Origin: a plasmid
Strand: one strand, 5' to 3'
DNA: 41,714 bases
Assembly: GCF_055900595.2 (NCBI RefSeq)
Contig: NZ_JBVWEU010000004.1
Made by a program: the position numbers and the translations under genes
Shown: piece by piece, positions 1-9,641 of the stretch
Position numbering within the stretch: position 1 is the stretch's first letter
Layout: each line of letters begins with the position of its first letter
The notes under the pieces: generated by a model
Seen by the model: only the letters and a program-made list of their open reading frames with translations
What the model was told of the DNA's origin: nothing
Databases searched by the model: none

Positions 1-867
1 ATGGGAAAGAGGTCAAGTTCAGTTCTCAATTATCCACTTGTGGATAAAGTGCAGATTTTTCCGGTGGATAAGTATCGCGATAGCTTGCAATTTCTGTTTT
101 CACTGTCATTATGGGTGGGTAAAAATTTACCCATAGGCATTGAAATGGATACTCAAGCACTCTTGCCAGCTACTAAAACGTTTAAAAAACGCGCCAGTAT
201 AAAGCAATCTAACGAATTGACCGAAGCTGCATATTACCTGCCTCTTCAGGCAAAACGTGTGCTGTGGTTATGCCTCATGCAGGCCTATTTTAATGACAGC
301 CAGGAAGATGACTCTGACGTATTGCCGCTCTTCAAAATCAGCGTTTCCGATTACGTCAAATACTTCAATGTCGCTACGTCTGTCGCCAGTCGTGATGTGA
401 AGGCTGGGGTAAATGCTCTGGGCGAATCAACGGTTACCTTTTATCCAAAAGAAGGTGAGTTTGAAGAAGTTAAACGTCCGTGGCTGGCTGAAGCAGGAAT
501 GAAGCGAGGCCGGGGTTCCTGGCAGATTGAATTTAACTACAAGGTCATGCCATTCCTGGTCGGCTTAACCTCCCAGTTCACTACCTATTCTCTCTATGAC
601 TGTGGCCAGCTTAATAGTGTTCGTGTCATCCGGCTTTATGAAAGCCTGTGTCAGTTCCGGAGCACTGGTGTCTGGATCACCACACATGACTGGTTATGTG
701 AAAGGTTTATGCTCCCTGCCTCGCAGAAAAACAATATTGCTGAAATGAAGCGTACCTTCCTGGAACCTGCTCTGAAGAAAATTAATGAGAAGACGCCATT
801 AAAGGTAACATATACCACTGAAGAAGATGGTCGCTTGCTGTTTAATTTTCTTGATAAAAAACAATAG
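1..867 (+). CDS. repA: RepE/RepA-family iteron-binding replication initiator (F RepFIA RepE-like)
   Basis: 288-aa ORF; KKRASIKQSNELTEAAYYL and RLYESLCQFR segments match my recollection of F RepE; followed by an iteron array. The true start may be the internal Met at 145 (240 aa, closer to RepE length), since 1-144 carries DnaA-box-like and iteron-like sequence. Confidence 0.8.
   Translation: MGKRSSSVLNYPLVDKVQIFPVDKYRDSLQFLFSLSLWVGKNLPIGIEMDTQALLPATKTFKKRASIKQSNELTEAAYYLPLQAKRVLWLCLMQAYFNDSQEDDSDVLPLFKISVSDYVKYFNVATSVASRDVKAGVNALGESTVTFYPKEGEFEEVKRPWLAEAGMKRGRGSWQIEFNYKVMPFLVGLTSQFTTYSLYDCGQLNSVRVIRLYESLCQFRSTGVWITTHDWLCERFMLPASQKNNIAEMKRTFLEPALKKINEKTPLKVTYTTEEDGRLLFNFLDKKQ
30..72. promoter_or_regulatory. 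DnaA-box-like palindrome TTATCCAC-TT-GTGGATAA (30-47) plus GTGGATAAG (64-72) in the rep leader; candidate rep operator
   Basis: Seen directly in sequence; an operator overlapping the rep promoter is typical of RepE-type replicons. Confidence 0.4.
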
Positions 868-929
868 TCTGTAATTTTTATTTCCTCCCCCCTTAGTTTG
901 TTGCTGACATATGGGGGGATACTGAACTT

Positions 930-1337
930 GCTGTGTTTCCCATAGTGCTTGCCTAACTTGACCTGTTTCCCACACTCCCGACCGTCCGAGAAGTTGACCT
1001 GTTTCCCATAGTCCGGGCCGTCCGAGAAGCTGACCTGTTTCCCTTAGTCCGGGCCGTCCGCGAAGTTGACCTGTTCCCCACACTCCCGGCCGCCCGCGAA
1101 GTTGACCTGTTTCCCACAGTCCGGGCCGTCTGCAAAGTTGACCTGTTTCCCACAGTCCCGGCCGCCCGCGAAGTTGACCTGTTTCCCATAATCCGGGCCG
1201 TCCGCGAAGTTGACCTGTTCCCCACACTCCCGGCCGCCCGTGAAGTTGACCTGTTTCCCATAGTCCGGGCCGTCCGCGAAGTTGACCTGTTTCCCATAGT
1301 CCGGAGCGTCCATTAAAGTTGACCTGTTTCCCACAGA
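930..1337. repeat. Eleven direct 36-bp iterons (AAGTTGACCTGTTTCCCA core) downstream of rep; incC-like copy-control/incompatibility array
   Basis: Exact 36-bp periodicity (core at 955, 991, 1027 ... 1315), with two alternating unit variants. Confidence 0.85.
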
Positions 1338-1681
1338 GGATGGAAAACTCTTCTTGTGCTGAGCGTAAGAGCTATCTGCCGGAACGGTTCCTCTTCGCTT
1401 CCTCGCCAGTTCGCTCGCTACGCTCGGTTACATGGCTGCGGCGAGCGCTGATACATAAGGCTCAGCATTGCACTGGTCGTAACTAAAATCAGAATCCTTC
1501 TGAATGACTCTCCTGTCTTGCAAGTTGAATACCTTTCTCAAAGCCCTTTTGTATGAGTTGCTGTTGATGGTCAAAAGTGCGTCTGCGTGTTGCTGCAGTG
1601 TGATTTAGTAGCACGCCCGTCGAGCTTCATCCCCCTTCTGTTGAGAGCGAAATCAAAACAATATGATTTTTTTTCTTGCAA

Positions 1682-1719
1682 CATGACACTTTTTGTTCAA
1701 AATGACAAAAAACGTCATG
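1682..1719. promoter_or_regulatory. 38-bp imperfect palindrome just upstream of parA; candidate autoregulatory operator
   Basis: CATGACACTTTTTGTTCAAAATGACAAAAAACGTCATG is close to its own reverse complement and ends 10 bp before the parA ATG. Confidence 0.4.
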
Positions 1720-1728
1720 AGGTGATAA

Positions 1729-2934
1729 ATGGACAATATTGAGCAGTTACGGAAAGTCGCTACACGTGCAGGTAAGCTTCTGACATCTTTGAGCGAAAGT
1801 ATCCGACAGCAAAAAGAGGAATTGAAGCTTACCGAGTTCTATCAGGAATACAGCAAAGCCGCTCTGTATAAGCTGCCTAAGCTCAGTAAAGGCAGTGTTG
1901 AGTATGCTGTGTCCGAAATGGAAGCCGGTGGCTACATTTTTAAAAAGAAACCTTCTGGTAATACGATGAAATACGCGATGACGATTCAGAATGTCATCGA
2001 TCTGTATAACCATCGTAAAGTACCGAAGTACAGGGATCGCTTCGATAAAGCCTTTACGATTTTTGTATGTAATCTTAAAGGTGGTGGTTCCAAGACAGTT
2101 TCTACCGCTTCATTATCACATGCTTTTCGAGCTCATCCTCAGCTTCTGTTCGAAGACCTGCGTATTCTGGCCATCGATTTCGATCCGCAGGCATCTCTGA
2201 CAATGTTCCTGAGCCATGAGAATTCAGTGGGCTTGGTTGAAAATACGGCTGCTCAGGCCATGCTCCAGAACGTGTCTCGTGAAGAATTACTTTCCGATTT
2301 TATAGTACCGTCTATTATCCCTGGTGTTGATGTAATCCCCGCTTCCATTGACGATGCATTCCTTGCTGAAGGCTGGAAGGGATTGTGTGAAGAACATCTG
2401 CCAGGGAAAAATATTCATGCGGTGCTTAAAGAGAACATTATCGACAAGCTCCAGCATGACTACGACTTTATTTTCCTTGATAGTGGTCCTCACCTTGATG
2501 CGTTCCTGAAAAACTGCATTGGGGCGGCAGACCTGATGTTGACCCCTCTTCCACCGGCGACGGTTGATTTTCATTCTTCCCTGAAGTTTGTGGCCAGCCT
2601 CCCTGCCCTCATAGATTCCATCGAAATGGATGGGCACACCTGCAATCTCATCGGTAATGTCGGCTTCATGTCCAAGATCCTGAACAAGTCTGATCACAAA
2701 ATTTGCCATAGTCAGGCCAAAGAGGTTTTCGGTGCCGATATGCTAGACATGGTTCTGCCAAGACTGGATGGTTTCGAACGTTGTGGGGAGACTTTTGACA
2801 CAGTTATTTCAGCAAATCCAGCAACCTATGATGGAAGTACAGAGGCACTAAAAAGCGCAAAATCAGCAGCGGAAGACTTTGCGAAGGCAGTCTTTGATCG
2901 CATCGAGTTCATTCGTACTAACGGAGGTATGTGA
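1729..2934 (+). CDS. parA: Type Ia partition ATPase ParA (P1 ParA / F SopA family)
   Basis: 401 aa; deviant Walker A KGGGSKT; long N-terminal extension typical of type Ia ParA; overlaps parB by 4 bp. Confidence 0.9.
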   Translation: MDNIEQLRKVATRAGKLLTSLSESIRQQKEELKLTEFYQEYSKAALYKLPKLSKGSVEYAVSEMEAGGYIFKKKPSGNTMKYAMTIQNVIDLYNHRKVPKYRDRFDKAFTIFVCNLKGGGSKTVSTASLSHAFRAHPQLLFEDLRILAIDFDPQASLTMFLSHENSVGLVENTAAQAMLQNVSREELLSDFIVPSIIPGVDVIPASIDDAFLAEGWKGLCEEHLPGKNIHAVLKENIIDKLQHDYDFIFLDSGPHLDAFLKNCIGAADLMLTPLPPATVDFHSSLKFVASLPALIDSIEMDGHTCNLIGNVGFMSKILNKSDHKICHSQAKEVFGADMLDMVLPRLDGFERCGETFDTVISANPATYDGSTEALKSAKSAAEDFAKAVFDRIEFIRTNGGM

Positions 2935-3908
2935 TGTCGAATGAGAAAAGAAAAACCATCGGCAGACAGTTAAATACCCAGGCGTCAATTGCGGAAATGA
3001 CGGACACCGGTAGAAGCCAGGTATTTACCTTAAAAACCGGCAGGAAGGTAACGTTCAGGTTTGTTCGGGTGCCTGCATCTGAAGTTGAAAGTAAGACCTT
3101 CGTAAACCAGGAAAACAACGGAAGAGATCAACTTGCACTGACCAGGGAATCCCTGAAATCCATTATCCAGACGATTAAGTTTCAGCAGTTCTTTCCCTGT
3201 ATTGGTATTAAGCAAAGTGAAAGGATTGAGATACTGGATGGTTCAAGACGGCGAGCCTCAGCAATTTTTGTCCGTACAGGCCTTGATGTAATGGTTACCG
3301 AAGAGCATTTATCAGCTGATGAAGCTCGCCAACTGGCTAAAGATATCCAGACAGCTAAAGAACATAATCTTCGGGAGATTGGCCTGAGATTGATCGCTCT
3401 TAAAGAGTCCGGATTTAATCAAAAGGAAATTGCTGAACTGGAGGGGTTATCTCAAGCTAAAGTTACCAGGGCGCTGCAGGCGGCGGCCGTACCGCAAGAC
3501 TTGATTTCTCTGTTCCCGGTTCAGTCGGAGCTATCGTTTAGTGACTATAAACTTCTTTTAGAAGTTAATGAAAAACTCAGTGAAAAGGGATTAACGCCTG
3601 AAGAACTCATTCAGTCTGTATCAGCTCAGCTCGATGCAATTTTGAGTGAAGGCGAGCGACCAGAAGACGAACAGAAAGCCAGTATACTGAAGCTGATTTC
3701 TCAGGCATCTCAGGCATTGATAGATCCATCTCCCAAGGAAAAGTCAGTGGTTTCCCCACTCTGGTCTTTTGAAGAAAAGGACAAGTTCGCGCGTAAGCGT
3801 GTGAAAGGGCGTACGCTGACTTATGAGTTTAGCCGTATGTCAAAAGTGATTCAGGATGAACTGGACAAGGCTATCAACGAGGTCCTTGACAGAAATTTGA
3901 GTCAATAA
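2931..3908 (+). CDS. parB: Partition centromere-binding protein ParB
   Basis: 325 aa; GSRR motif (ILDGSRRRAS) characteristic of ParB/SopB; translationally coupled to parA. Confidence 0.85.
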   Translation: MMSNEKRKTIGRQLNTQASIAEMTDTGRSQVFTLKTGRKVTFRFVRVPASEVESKTFVNQENNGRDQLALTRESLKSIIQTIKFQQFFPCIGIKQSERIEILDGSRRRASAIFVRTGLDVMVTEEHLSADEARQLAKDIQTAKEHNLREIGLRLIALKESGFNQKEIAELEGLSQAKVTRALQAAAVPQDLISLFPVQSELSFSDYKLLLEVNEKLSEKGLTPEELIQSVSAQLDAILSEGERPEDEQKASILKLISQASQALIDPSPKEKSVVSPLWSFEEKDKFARKRVKGRTLTYEFSRMSKVIQDELDKAINEVLDRNLSQ

Positions 3909-3985
3909 TTTCGCCATGGCGATTTCACATCTAACTTATTGTAATTAGGCAGTTTAGGCTGAGAATTTCAAGGTGAAATCGCCAA
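3909..3985. promoter_or_regulatory. parS: P1-type parS centromere (heptamer box A ATTTCAC and hexamer box B TCGCCA in inverted arrangement)
   Basis: TCGCCA at 3912-3917 and ATTTCAC at 3922-3928; GTGAAATCGCCA at 3973-3984; the 11-bp arms GGCGATTTCAC / GTGAAATCGCC flank an AT-rich 44-bp spacer. Matches my recollection of P1 parS. Confidence 0.6.
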
Positions 3986-3989
3986 AGTT

Positions 3990-5261
3990 TTACGCCAGTT
4001 TCGCTGAAGGAATATCTGACCATCGTGTCGTATAAGCAGGAGAAAGCATCTCCCGTTTCATCTGCCATTCCGGGGCAATACCCCGCCCCGCAAACCATAC
4101 TTTACCCAGCCCTGAGTTGTTGATCCCGTCCAGAACCTTCATCAGCTCAGCACTGTAAGGGCGTGGCGGGCGTTCGTCGAACAGCTGCAGCTGCGAAACG
4201 CCGGAGCCGGTGAAGTCATTCAGCATAACTCCGGCTTTGGCATACCGGTGCCCATCCCTCCAGATACGCTCCAGAGCCGTTGTAGCGGCTGCAATGATGT
4301 CCCTGGTGTCCTGAGTGGGTGTAAGAAGTTTTTCCGTAGCCACGTTGCCGTAGTAAGGCTCTTTAATGGCGAACGGAGACGTTTTGATGAAAACGGAAAT
4401 ATGCCGGCAATACTGGTGCTCTTTACGCAGTTTTTCAGAGGCCCGCTCTGCGTGCTGACAGATAGCCTGACGGAGTGACTCGTACTCCGTGATCTTCACG
4501 CCAAAACTGCGGCTGCAGACAATTTGCTGTTTCGTCGGAGGGGCTTCCTCAAGCGAAAGGCAGCTTTCCCCGTTCAGTTCCCGTACCGTTCGCTCAAGGA
4601 CCACAGAAAAATTTTTGCGGATGAAGGCCGGGTTCGTCAGGGCGAGATCGAGCGCGGTCTTAATGCCCAGTACATTCAGCTTGCGTGCAATACGGTTACC
4701 CACCCCCCAGATTTCTTCAACCGGCTGCAGTGAAAGCAGTTTCCGCGTTCTCTGCGGATTTCCCCTGGTCAGAGCAAGTACGCCACGAAACTGTTTCCAC
4801 TCTTTTGAGGCCCACTGGGCTGATTTTGCGAGGGTCTTCGTTGGTCCGGCGCCCACGCCAATGGTCAGGTGGGTACAGTCATACACGTGCTGACGCAGCT
4901 GCCGGCCGAAGTCCTCAAGCTCCATACAGTGCTCCACGCCGGTCAAATCGAGGAACATCTCATCAATTGAATACTGTTCCACTCTGGGGGCCAGTTCCTC
5001 CAGGCTGTTCATCACGCGCGCCAACATCGAGGCATAAAGTTCATAGTTACTTGAAAACGCATATATTTTTTCCGGGTATCTTTCGTTTTTTATCTGAAAC
5101 CACGGAGTTTCCATTTTGATCCAGGGCTTCGCCTCGGCACTGCGAGCGATTACATTCCCGTCGTTGTTGCTCAGGACGACTATCGGCTTTCCTTTCAAAT
5201 CCGGGCGGAAAACACGTTCACAGCTGGCATAGAAGCTGTTCACATCGGCCAGGGCAAACAT
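3990..5261 (-). CDS. umuC: Error-prone translesion polymerase subunit UmuC (Pol V catalytic subunit, Y-family)
   Basis: 423 aa; N-terminus [22 protein letters not shown] is typical of UmuC/MucB; start overlaps the umuD stop. Confidence 0.9.
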   Translation of the reverse strand: MFALADVNSFYASCERVFRPDLKGKPIVVLSNNDGNVIARSAEAKPWIKMETPWFQIKNERYPEKIYAFSSNYELYASMLARVMNSLEELAPRVEQYSIDEMFLDLTGVEHCMELEDFGRQLRQHVYDCTHLTIGVGAGPTKTLAKSAQWASKEWKQFRGVLALTRGNPQRTRKLLSLQPVEEIWGVGNRIARKLNVLGIKTALDLALTNPAFIRKNFSVVLERTVRELNGESCLSLEEAPPTKQQIVCSRSFGVKITEYESLRQAICQHAERASEKLRKEHQYCRHISVFIKTSPFAIKEPYYGNVATEKLLTPTQDTRDIIAAATTALERIWRDGHRYAKAGVMLNDFTGSGVSQLQLFDERPPRPYSAELMKVLDGINNSGLGKVWFAGRGIAPEWQMKREMLSPAYTTRWSDIPSAKLA

Positions 5262-5692
5262 CAGTACATCTCCCTCGGGCGGTGGATGATATGCGTGACG
5301 ACGCCAAAGATATCCAGCTCGTCGGGATCAGGATAAATCGGCGACCAGGAGGCATTCATGGGCTGCAGCGTCAGTCGCGGCGTCAGCAGAAGCCGTTTCA
5401 CCGTAAACTCCCCCTGCATGCTGGCGACAACGATATCGCCGTGCCGCGGCTTTTCAGCACTGTCCACAACCAGCAGATCGCCATTGTACAGACTGCCGTC
5501 GGCCATGCTGTCTCCGCTGGCACGCAGGTAGTACGTCGCGCTCGGATGCCGTATGCAGTAATCATGGAGATCCAGATCGGACTCGACATAGTCAGCAGCA
5601 GGGCTGGGAAAACCGCAGCTGGCCAGATCGGCAAACAATGGATGGGCCTGTGGCGGGAGTTCTTTCCCGGTGCTGAAAAGTTGTAGTTTCAT
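5261..5692 (-). CDS. umuD: UmuD (S24 LexA-like self-cleaving protein, Pol V accessory subunit)
   Basis: 143 aa from MKLQLF; [12 protein letters not shown] and the GDSM Ser/Lys dyad region; Shine-Dalgarno AGGAGG upstream. The ORF track over-extends it to 270 aa. Confidence 0.85.
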   Translation of the reverse strand: MKLQLFSTGKELPPQAHPLFADLASCGFPSPAADYVESDLDLHDYCIRHPSATYYLRASGDSMADGSLYNGDLLVVDSAEKPRHGDIVVASMQGEFTVKRLLLTPRLTLQPMNASWSPIYPDPDELDIFGVVTHIIHRPREMY

Positions 5693-5716
5693 CTTTCCTC
5701 CTGACACTCTAATTTT

Positions 5717-5734
5717 ACTGGTTATACATACAGT
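5717..5734. promoter_or_regulatory. LexA (SOS) box upstream of umuD
   Basis: ACTGGTTATACATACAGT contains CTG-N10-CAG matching the CTGT-N8-ACAG consensus, 25 bp upstream of the umuD start. Confidence 0.6.
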
Positions 5735-5739
5735 GCTCA

Positions 5740-7680
5740 CCGGGAGACCGGTAGAGATCAAGGGGTGAAAGTCCCCGACCATTGAAGGACCAGCAATCCA
5801 CAAGGTCCCCGAGTCATGCGTTGCATACCGCGAGGTATGGGGCGAAGCGTTGACAGGGGTGTTGACAGGCCAGCCATTGAGCCACGAAATGTATATTAAA
5901 TTACCGGGTGCCGACGTTGTACTGTTAACGGAAGGCAACATCATAGGGTGCGATACTGCGAGTGCCACATGGACCCGGCGGGGTCTGAGACCCTGGCATG
6001 TCAATACGATCTCTACGCGGGAACCGGGAGATCTCCCCTCTGACCATCTGCCAGTGTCGGAGACGGCCCGCACCGGGAAGACGAGGAGTCATAGCCGGTG
6101 ATGTACGGAGAGGAGAAGTCGGACTCGCTCATAGTAGCGGCGAAGCAGGCGAACAACCCGAAAGGAGCGGAGTCAGTGGAGCGAAGGAGCGGGGCCAAGG
6201 GGAACGCGGAACAGCCACACATGCGCCGGACACAGAGCCGGGAAAGCATGTCACAGAGGCTGTCACGCGTGCGGGAAGCTGCGAAGCAGCGGAAGAAAGA
6301 ACGGTTTACAGCATTGTTCCACCTGCTGACAGTCGAAGCACTGGAAGCCGCATTCCTCTCCCTGAGCAGGAAAGCGGCCGCCGGAGTGGATGGCATCAGG
6401 TGGATGGACTACGCCGGAAACATGAAGAACAACATAACAGATCTGCACCGGAGGCTACATTAGGGCAGCTACAGGGCGCAGCCCGGCAGGCGTCACTACA
6501 TCCCAAAAGCGGATGGAAAACAACGCCCGCTCGGCATCGCCTCGCTGGAGGACAAGATCGTCCAGTATGCGCTGGTGAAAATCCTGAACGCAGTCTATGA
6601 AAACGACTTTATGGGGTTCTCATACGGGTTCAGACCCGGGCGAAGCCAGCACGATGCACTGGACGCACTGGCCACAGGGCTGGTACGCACTAACGTAAAC
6701 TGGGTACTGGATGCCGACATCAGTCAGTTCTTCGACAGGGTGAGCCACGAATGGCTGATCAGGTTCACAGAGCATCGGATCGGCGACCGGAGCGTAATCA
6801 GGCTCATACGTAAGTGGCTCACAGCCGGGACGTTGGAGGAGGGTCAATGGCGAGCAACGGAGGAAGGCACCCCACAGGGTGCGGTCATCTCACCGCTGCT
6901 GGCAAACATATACCTCCACTACGTCTTCGATCTGTGGGCGCATCAGTGGCGACGTCGCTATGCCACAGGCAATGTGGTAATGGTCAGATACGCCGATGAC
7001 ATCGTCATCGGGTTCGACAAACGATACGATGCCCGGCGCTTCCGTATAGCCATGCAGCGCAGACTGAGGGAGTTCGGACTCACGGTTCACCCGGAGAAAA
7101 CCCGTCTGATGGAGTTCGGCCGCTTCGCTGCCGAAAACCGTGCCATCAGGGGAAAAGGCAAACCAGAAACGTTCAACTTCCTCGGGTTCACGCACATCAG
7201 CGGGAAAGATCGCAACGGCAGGTTCATGCTGATACGAAAGACCCGCCGGGATCGGATGACGGCAACTCTGAAAGCCATCAAAGACGGTCTGCGAAGGCGC
7301 TGGCATTACTCAATCCCCGAACAGGGAAAATGGCTCAGGAGAGTGGTTCAGGGATACCTGAACTATCACTCGGTACCGGGCAACTTCCCCACCATGCAGA
7401 AGTTCAGGACACACGTAACAAACCTCTGGCGCCGGGCGCTCAGGCGCAGGAGCCAGAAGGATGATACGACCTGGACGAAAGCAAACAAACTGGCAGCCGC
7501 ATGGCTACCAAGGGTTCGGGTTCTTCATCCATGGCCTGTGGAGCGGTTCACCGCCAGACACCCGAGGCAGGAGCCCGGTGCGTAAATCGCGCACGCCGGG
7601 ATCTGTGCGGGGGGTATCCGGTAACGGGTATCCCTACCGCGACATATTTAACAGCGTGACGATAATCCAGATCGCCTGCC
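5740..7680 (+). mobile_element. Group II intron remnant (maturase-encoding; 5' RNA domains probably truncated, 3' end abuts IS1)
   Basis: Reverse transcriptase/maturase ORF with structured GC-rich RNA-like sequence on both sides; only about 360 nt lie between the LexA box and the ORF start, less than a typical domain I-III. Confidence 0.6.
6098..7588 (+). pseudogene. Group II intron reverse transcriptase/maturase interrupted by an in-frame TAG at 6464-6466
   Basis: ORFs 6098-6463 and 6575-7585 are in the same frame; translation across the gap reads ...[38 protein letters not shown]..., i.e. one stop codon inside a contiguous RT domain; YADD motif present downstream. Confidence 0.75.
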
Positions 7681-7736
7681 GGATAATGGTGCCAACTTAC
7701 TGATTTAGTGTACGATGGTGTCTTTGAGGTGCTCCA

Positions 7737-8012
7737 GTGGCTTCCATCTCCATCAGTTGTCCCTCCTGCTCAGCTACTGAAGGCGTGGTGCGTAACGGTA
7801 AAAGTACTGCCGGACATCAGCGCTATCTCTGCTCTCACTGCCGTAAAACATGGCAGCTACAGTTCACTTACACCGCCTCTCAGCCCGGTACGCACCAGAA
7901 AATCATTGATATGGCCATGAATGGCGTTGGATGCCGGGCAACCGCCCGCATTATGGGCGTTGGCCTCAACACGATTTTACGTCACTTAAAAAACTCAGAC
8001 CGCAGTCGGTAA
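7737..8012 (+). CDS. insA: IS1 InsA
   Basis: 91 aa, [40 protein letters not shown] zinc-finger N-terminus. Confidence 0.9.
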   Translation: MASISISCPSCSATEGVVRNGKSTAGHQRYLCSHCRKTWQLQFTYTASQPGTHQKIIDMAMNGVGCRATARIMGVGLNTILRHLKNSDRSR

Positions 8013-8434
8013 CCTCACGCATACAACCGGGCAGTGACGTCATTGTCTGCGCGGAAATGGACGAACAGTGGGGCTACGTCGGGGCTAAATCACGTCAGCG
8101 CTGGTTATTTTACGCCTATGGCAGGATGTGCAGGACGGTGGTGGCACGCGTCTTTGGTGAGCGTACTCTGGCCACGCTGGAGCGTCTTCCGGGCCTGCTG
8201 TCGGCCTTTGAGGTCGTGGTATGGATGACGGATGGCTGGCCGCTTTATGAATCCCGCCTGAAGGGAGAACTGCACGTTATCAGCAAGCGATATACGCAGC
8301 GAATTGAGCGGCATAACCAGAATCTGAGGCAGCATCTGGCAAGGCTGGGCAGGAAGTCACTGTCGTTCTCAAAATCGGTGGCGCTGCATGACAAAGTCAT
8401 CGGGCATTATCTGAACATAAAACACTATCAGTAA
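7931..8434 (+). CDS. insB: IS1 InsB' frame (expressed as an InsAB' transposase fusion by -1 frameshift)
   Basis: 167-aa ORF overlapping the insA 3' end in the -1 frame, standard IS1 organisation. Confidence 0.8.
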   Translation: MPGNRPHYGRWPQHDFTSLKKLRPQSVTSRIQPGSDVIVCAEMDEQWGYVGAKSRQRWLFYAYGRMCRTVVARVFGERTLATLERLPGLLSAFEVVVWMTDGWPLYESRLKGELHVISKRYTQRIERHNQNLRQHLARLGRKSLSFSKSVALHDKVIGHYLNIKHYQ

Positions 8435-8448
8435 GTTGGAGTCATTAC

Positions 8449-8752
8449 CAACCAGTTCACCACCTACTCGCTCCGCGATTGTGGCAGTCTTCGAAATCCC
8501 CGGACGATCCGCCTTTATGAAAGTCTTGCTCAATTCAAATCTTCAGGCTTATGGGTTACTACTCATGCTTGGTTAAATGACCGTTTCGTCTTACCGGAAT
8601 CCCAGCAGAAGAACTTGGCAGAGTTGAAACGATCTTTCCTTGATCCTGCACTCAAGCAGATAAATGAGAAAACACCTTTACTTGCTAAGTATAGTATTGA
8701 TGATTCAGGAAAATTTCTGTTCTCAATAATTGATAAGCAAAATCCCGTCTGA
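8449..8752 (+). pseudogene. 3' fragment (about 97 codons) of a second RepE-family rep gene, truncated by IS1
   Basis: Frame starting at 8462 translates ...TYSLRDCGSLRNPRTIRLYESLAQFKSSGLWVTTHAWLNDRFVLPESQQKNLAELKRSFLDPALKQINEKTPL..., paralogous to the C-terminus of the rep at 1-867; no start codon, begins at the IS1 end. Confidence 0.7.
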
Positions 8753-8799
8753 CATAAATCAGCACACATGAGCCTGTCATTTGACAAATTTTTGTCATG

Positions 8800-9160
8800 A
8801 AGATGGGCGGATTTCCACACAGCACCGGCGCCCGGTAAGGTGGGCGGATTCCCACACGGCACCGGCGCCCGGCAAGATGGGCGGATTTCCACACAGCACC
8901 GGCGCCCGGTAAGGTGGGCGGATTTCCACACAGCACCGGCGCCCGGCAAGGTGGGCGGATTCCCACACGGCACCGGCGCCCGGCAAGATGGGCGGATTTC
9001 CACACAGCACCGGCGCCCGGTAAGGTGGGCGGATTTCCACACAGCACCGGCGCCCGGCAAGGTGGGCGGATTCCCACACGGCACCGGCGCGCGGCAAGGT
9101 GGGCGGATTTCCACACGGCACCGGCGCCCGGCAAGGTGGGCCGATTCCCATATCGACATG
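8800..9160. repeat. About ten direct 37-bp iterons (GGGCGGATTTCCACACAGCACCGGCGCCCGG) of the disrupted second replicon
   Basis: Exact 37-bp periodicity from about 8801 to 9134, immediately downstream of the rep fragment. Confidence 0.8.
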
Positions 9161-9641
9161 TATGTAGCTTGTGTTATCTGTGGATTGTGCAGCTCAGCGG
9201 GTCGCTGGTCGTATGGCGGAGTGTCCCCCGTAACCGGCCGCGTGCGGCCGCTAACGCGCAGTACGGCGCCGCGTCCCGCAGACGGGCCGCCGTTCCCGCG
9301 CGCAGCACTGCGCACCCCCGTGGGGGACGTACGGCAGCTGCGTGGCGGTGAGCGGGATTAGGGCTTTGCAGCTACCGTGTTAAGTTCCCTGGTGTCGCTG
9401 AAATAGTTGATGAACATCCCCCTAAGCGTCAGCAGCAAGCTGCCGCCGCTTAGGCCCCGGAAATCACGCCCTTTACGTCGTAAACGCCGTAAAGCCCGCT
9501 CACCGGGGTTAAAAGGGATTACTTTGACTTCTTCATTGCTGTTCGCGAGTTAAGGCTAATCAGGGCAGGGGGTAGGGTGGCAGAATTTATAGCCCGGCAA
9601 CCGGCTACGCCGGGCTTTCGGCGCCATTTTACAACACAGAC

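Larger units (their letters stand above)
7681..8448 (+). mobile_element. IS1 (768 bp)
   Basis: Terminal inverted repeats matching IS1 ends (GGTAATGACTCCAACTTA at the right end); insA and insB' present; no target-site duplication flanks it. Confidence 0.95.

Noticed and set aside
799-1334. Three overlapping minus-strand ORFs (96-142 aa) with repetitive Gly/Arg-rich translations
   Set aside because: They lie entirely within the 36-bp iteron array; the open frames are a by-product of the tandem repeats.
930-1337. Possible CRISPR array (also considered for 8800-9160)
   Set aside because: Units are contiguous direct repeats of 36-37 bp with no unique spacers between them; they are next to rep genes and there are no cas genes: iterons, not CRISPR.
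5998-6600. 200-aa plus-strand ORF and other overlapping ORFs in 5282-6463
   Set aside because: They overlap the intron RNA domain and the maturase in other frames, or are antisense to umuD; GC-rich open frames without coding signatures.
8563-9361. Several overlapping ORFs on both strands (up to 250 aa) with repeated peptide motifs
   Set aside because: They span the 37-bp iteron array of the second replicon and GC-rich flanking DNA; repeat-driven artefacts.
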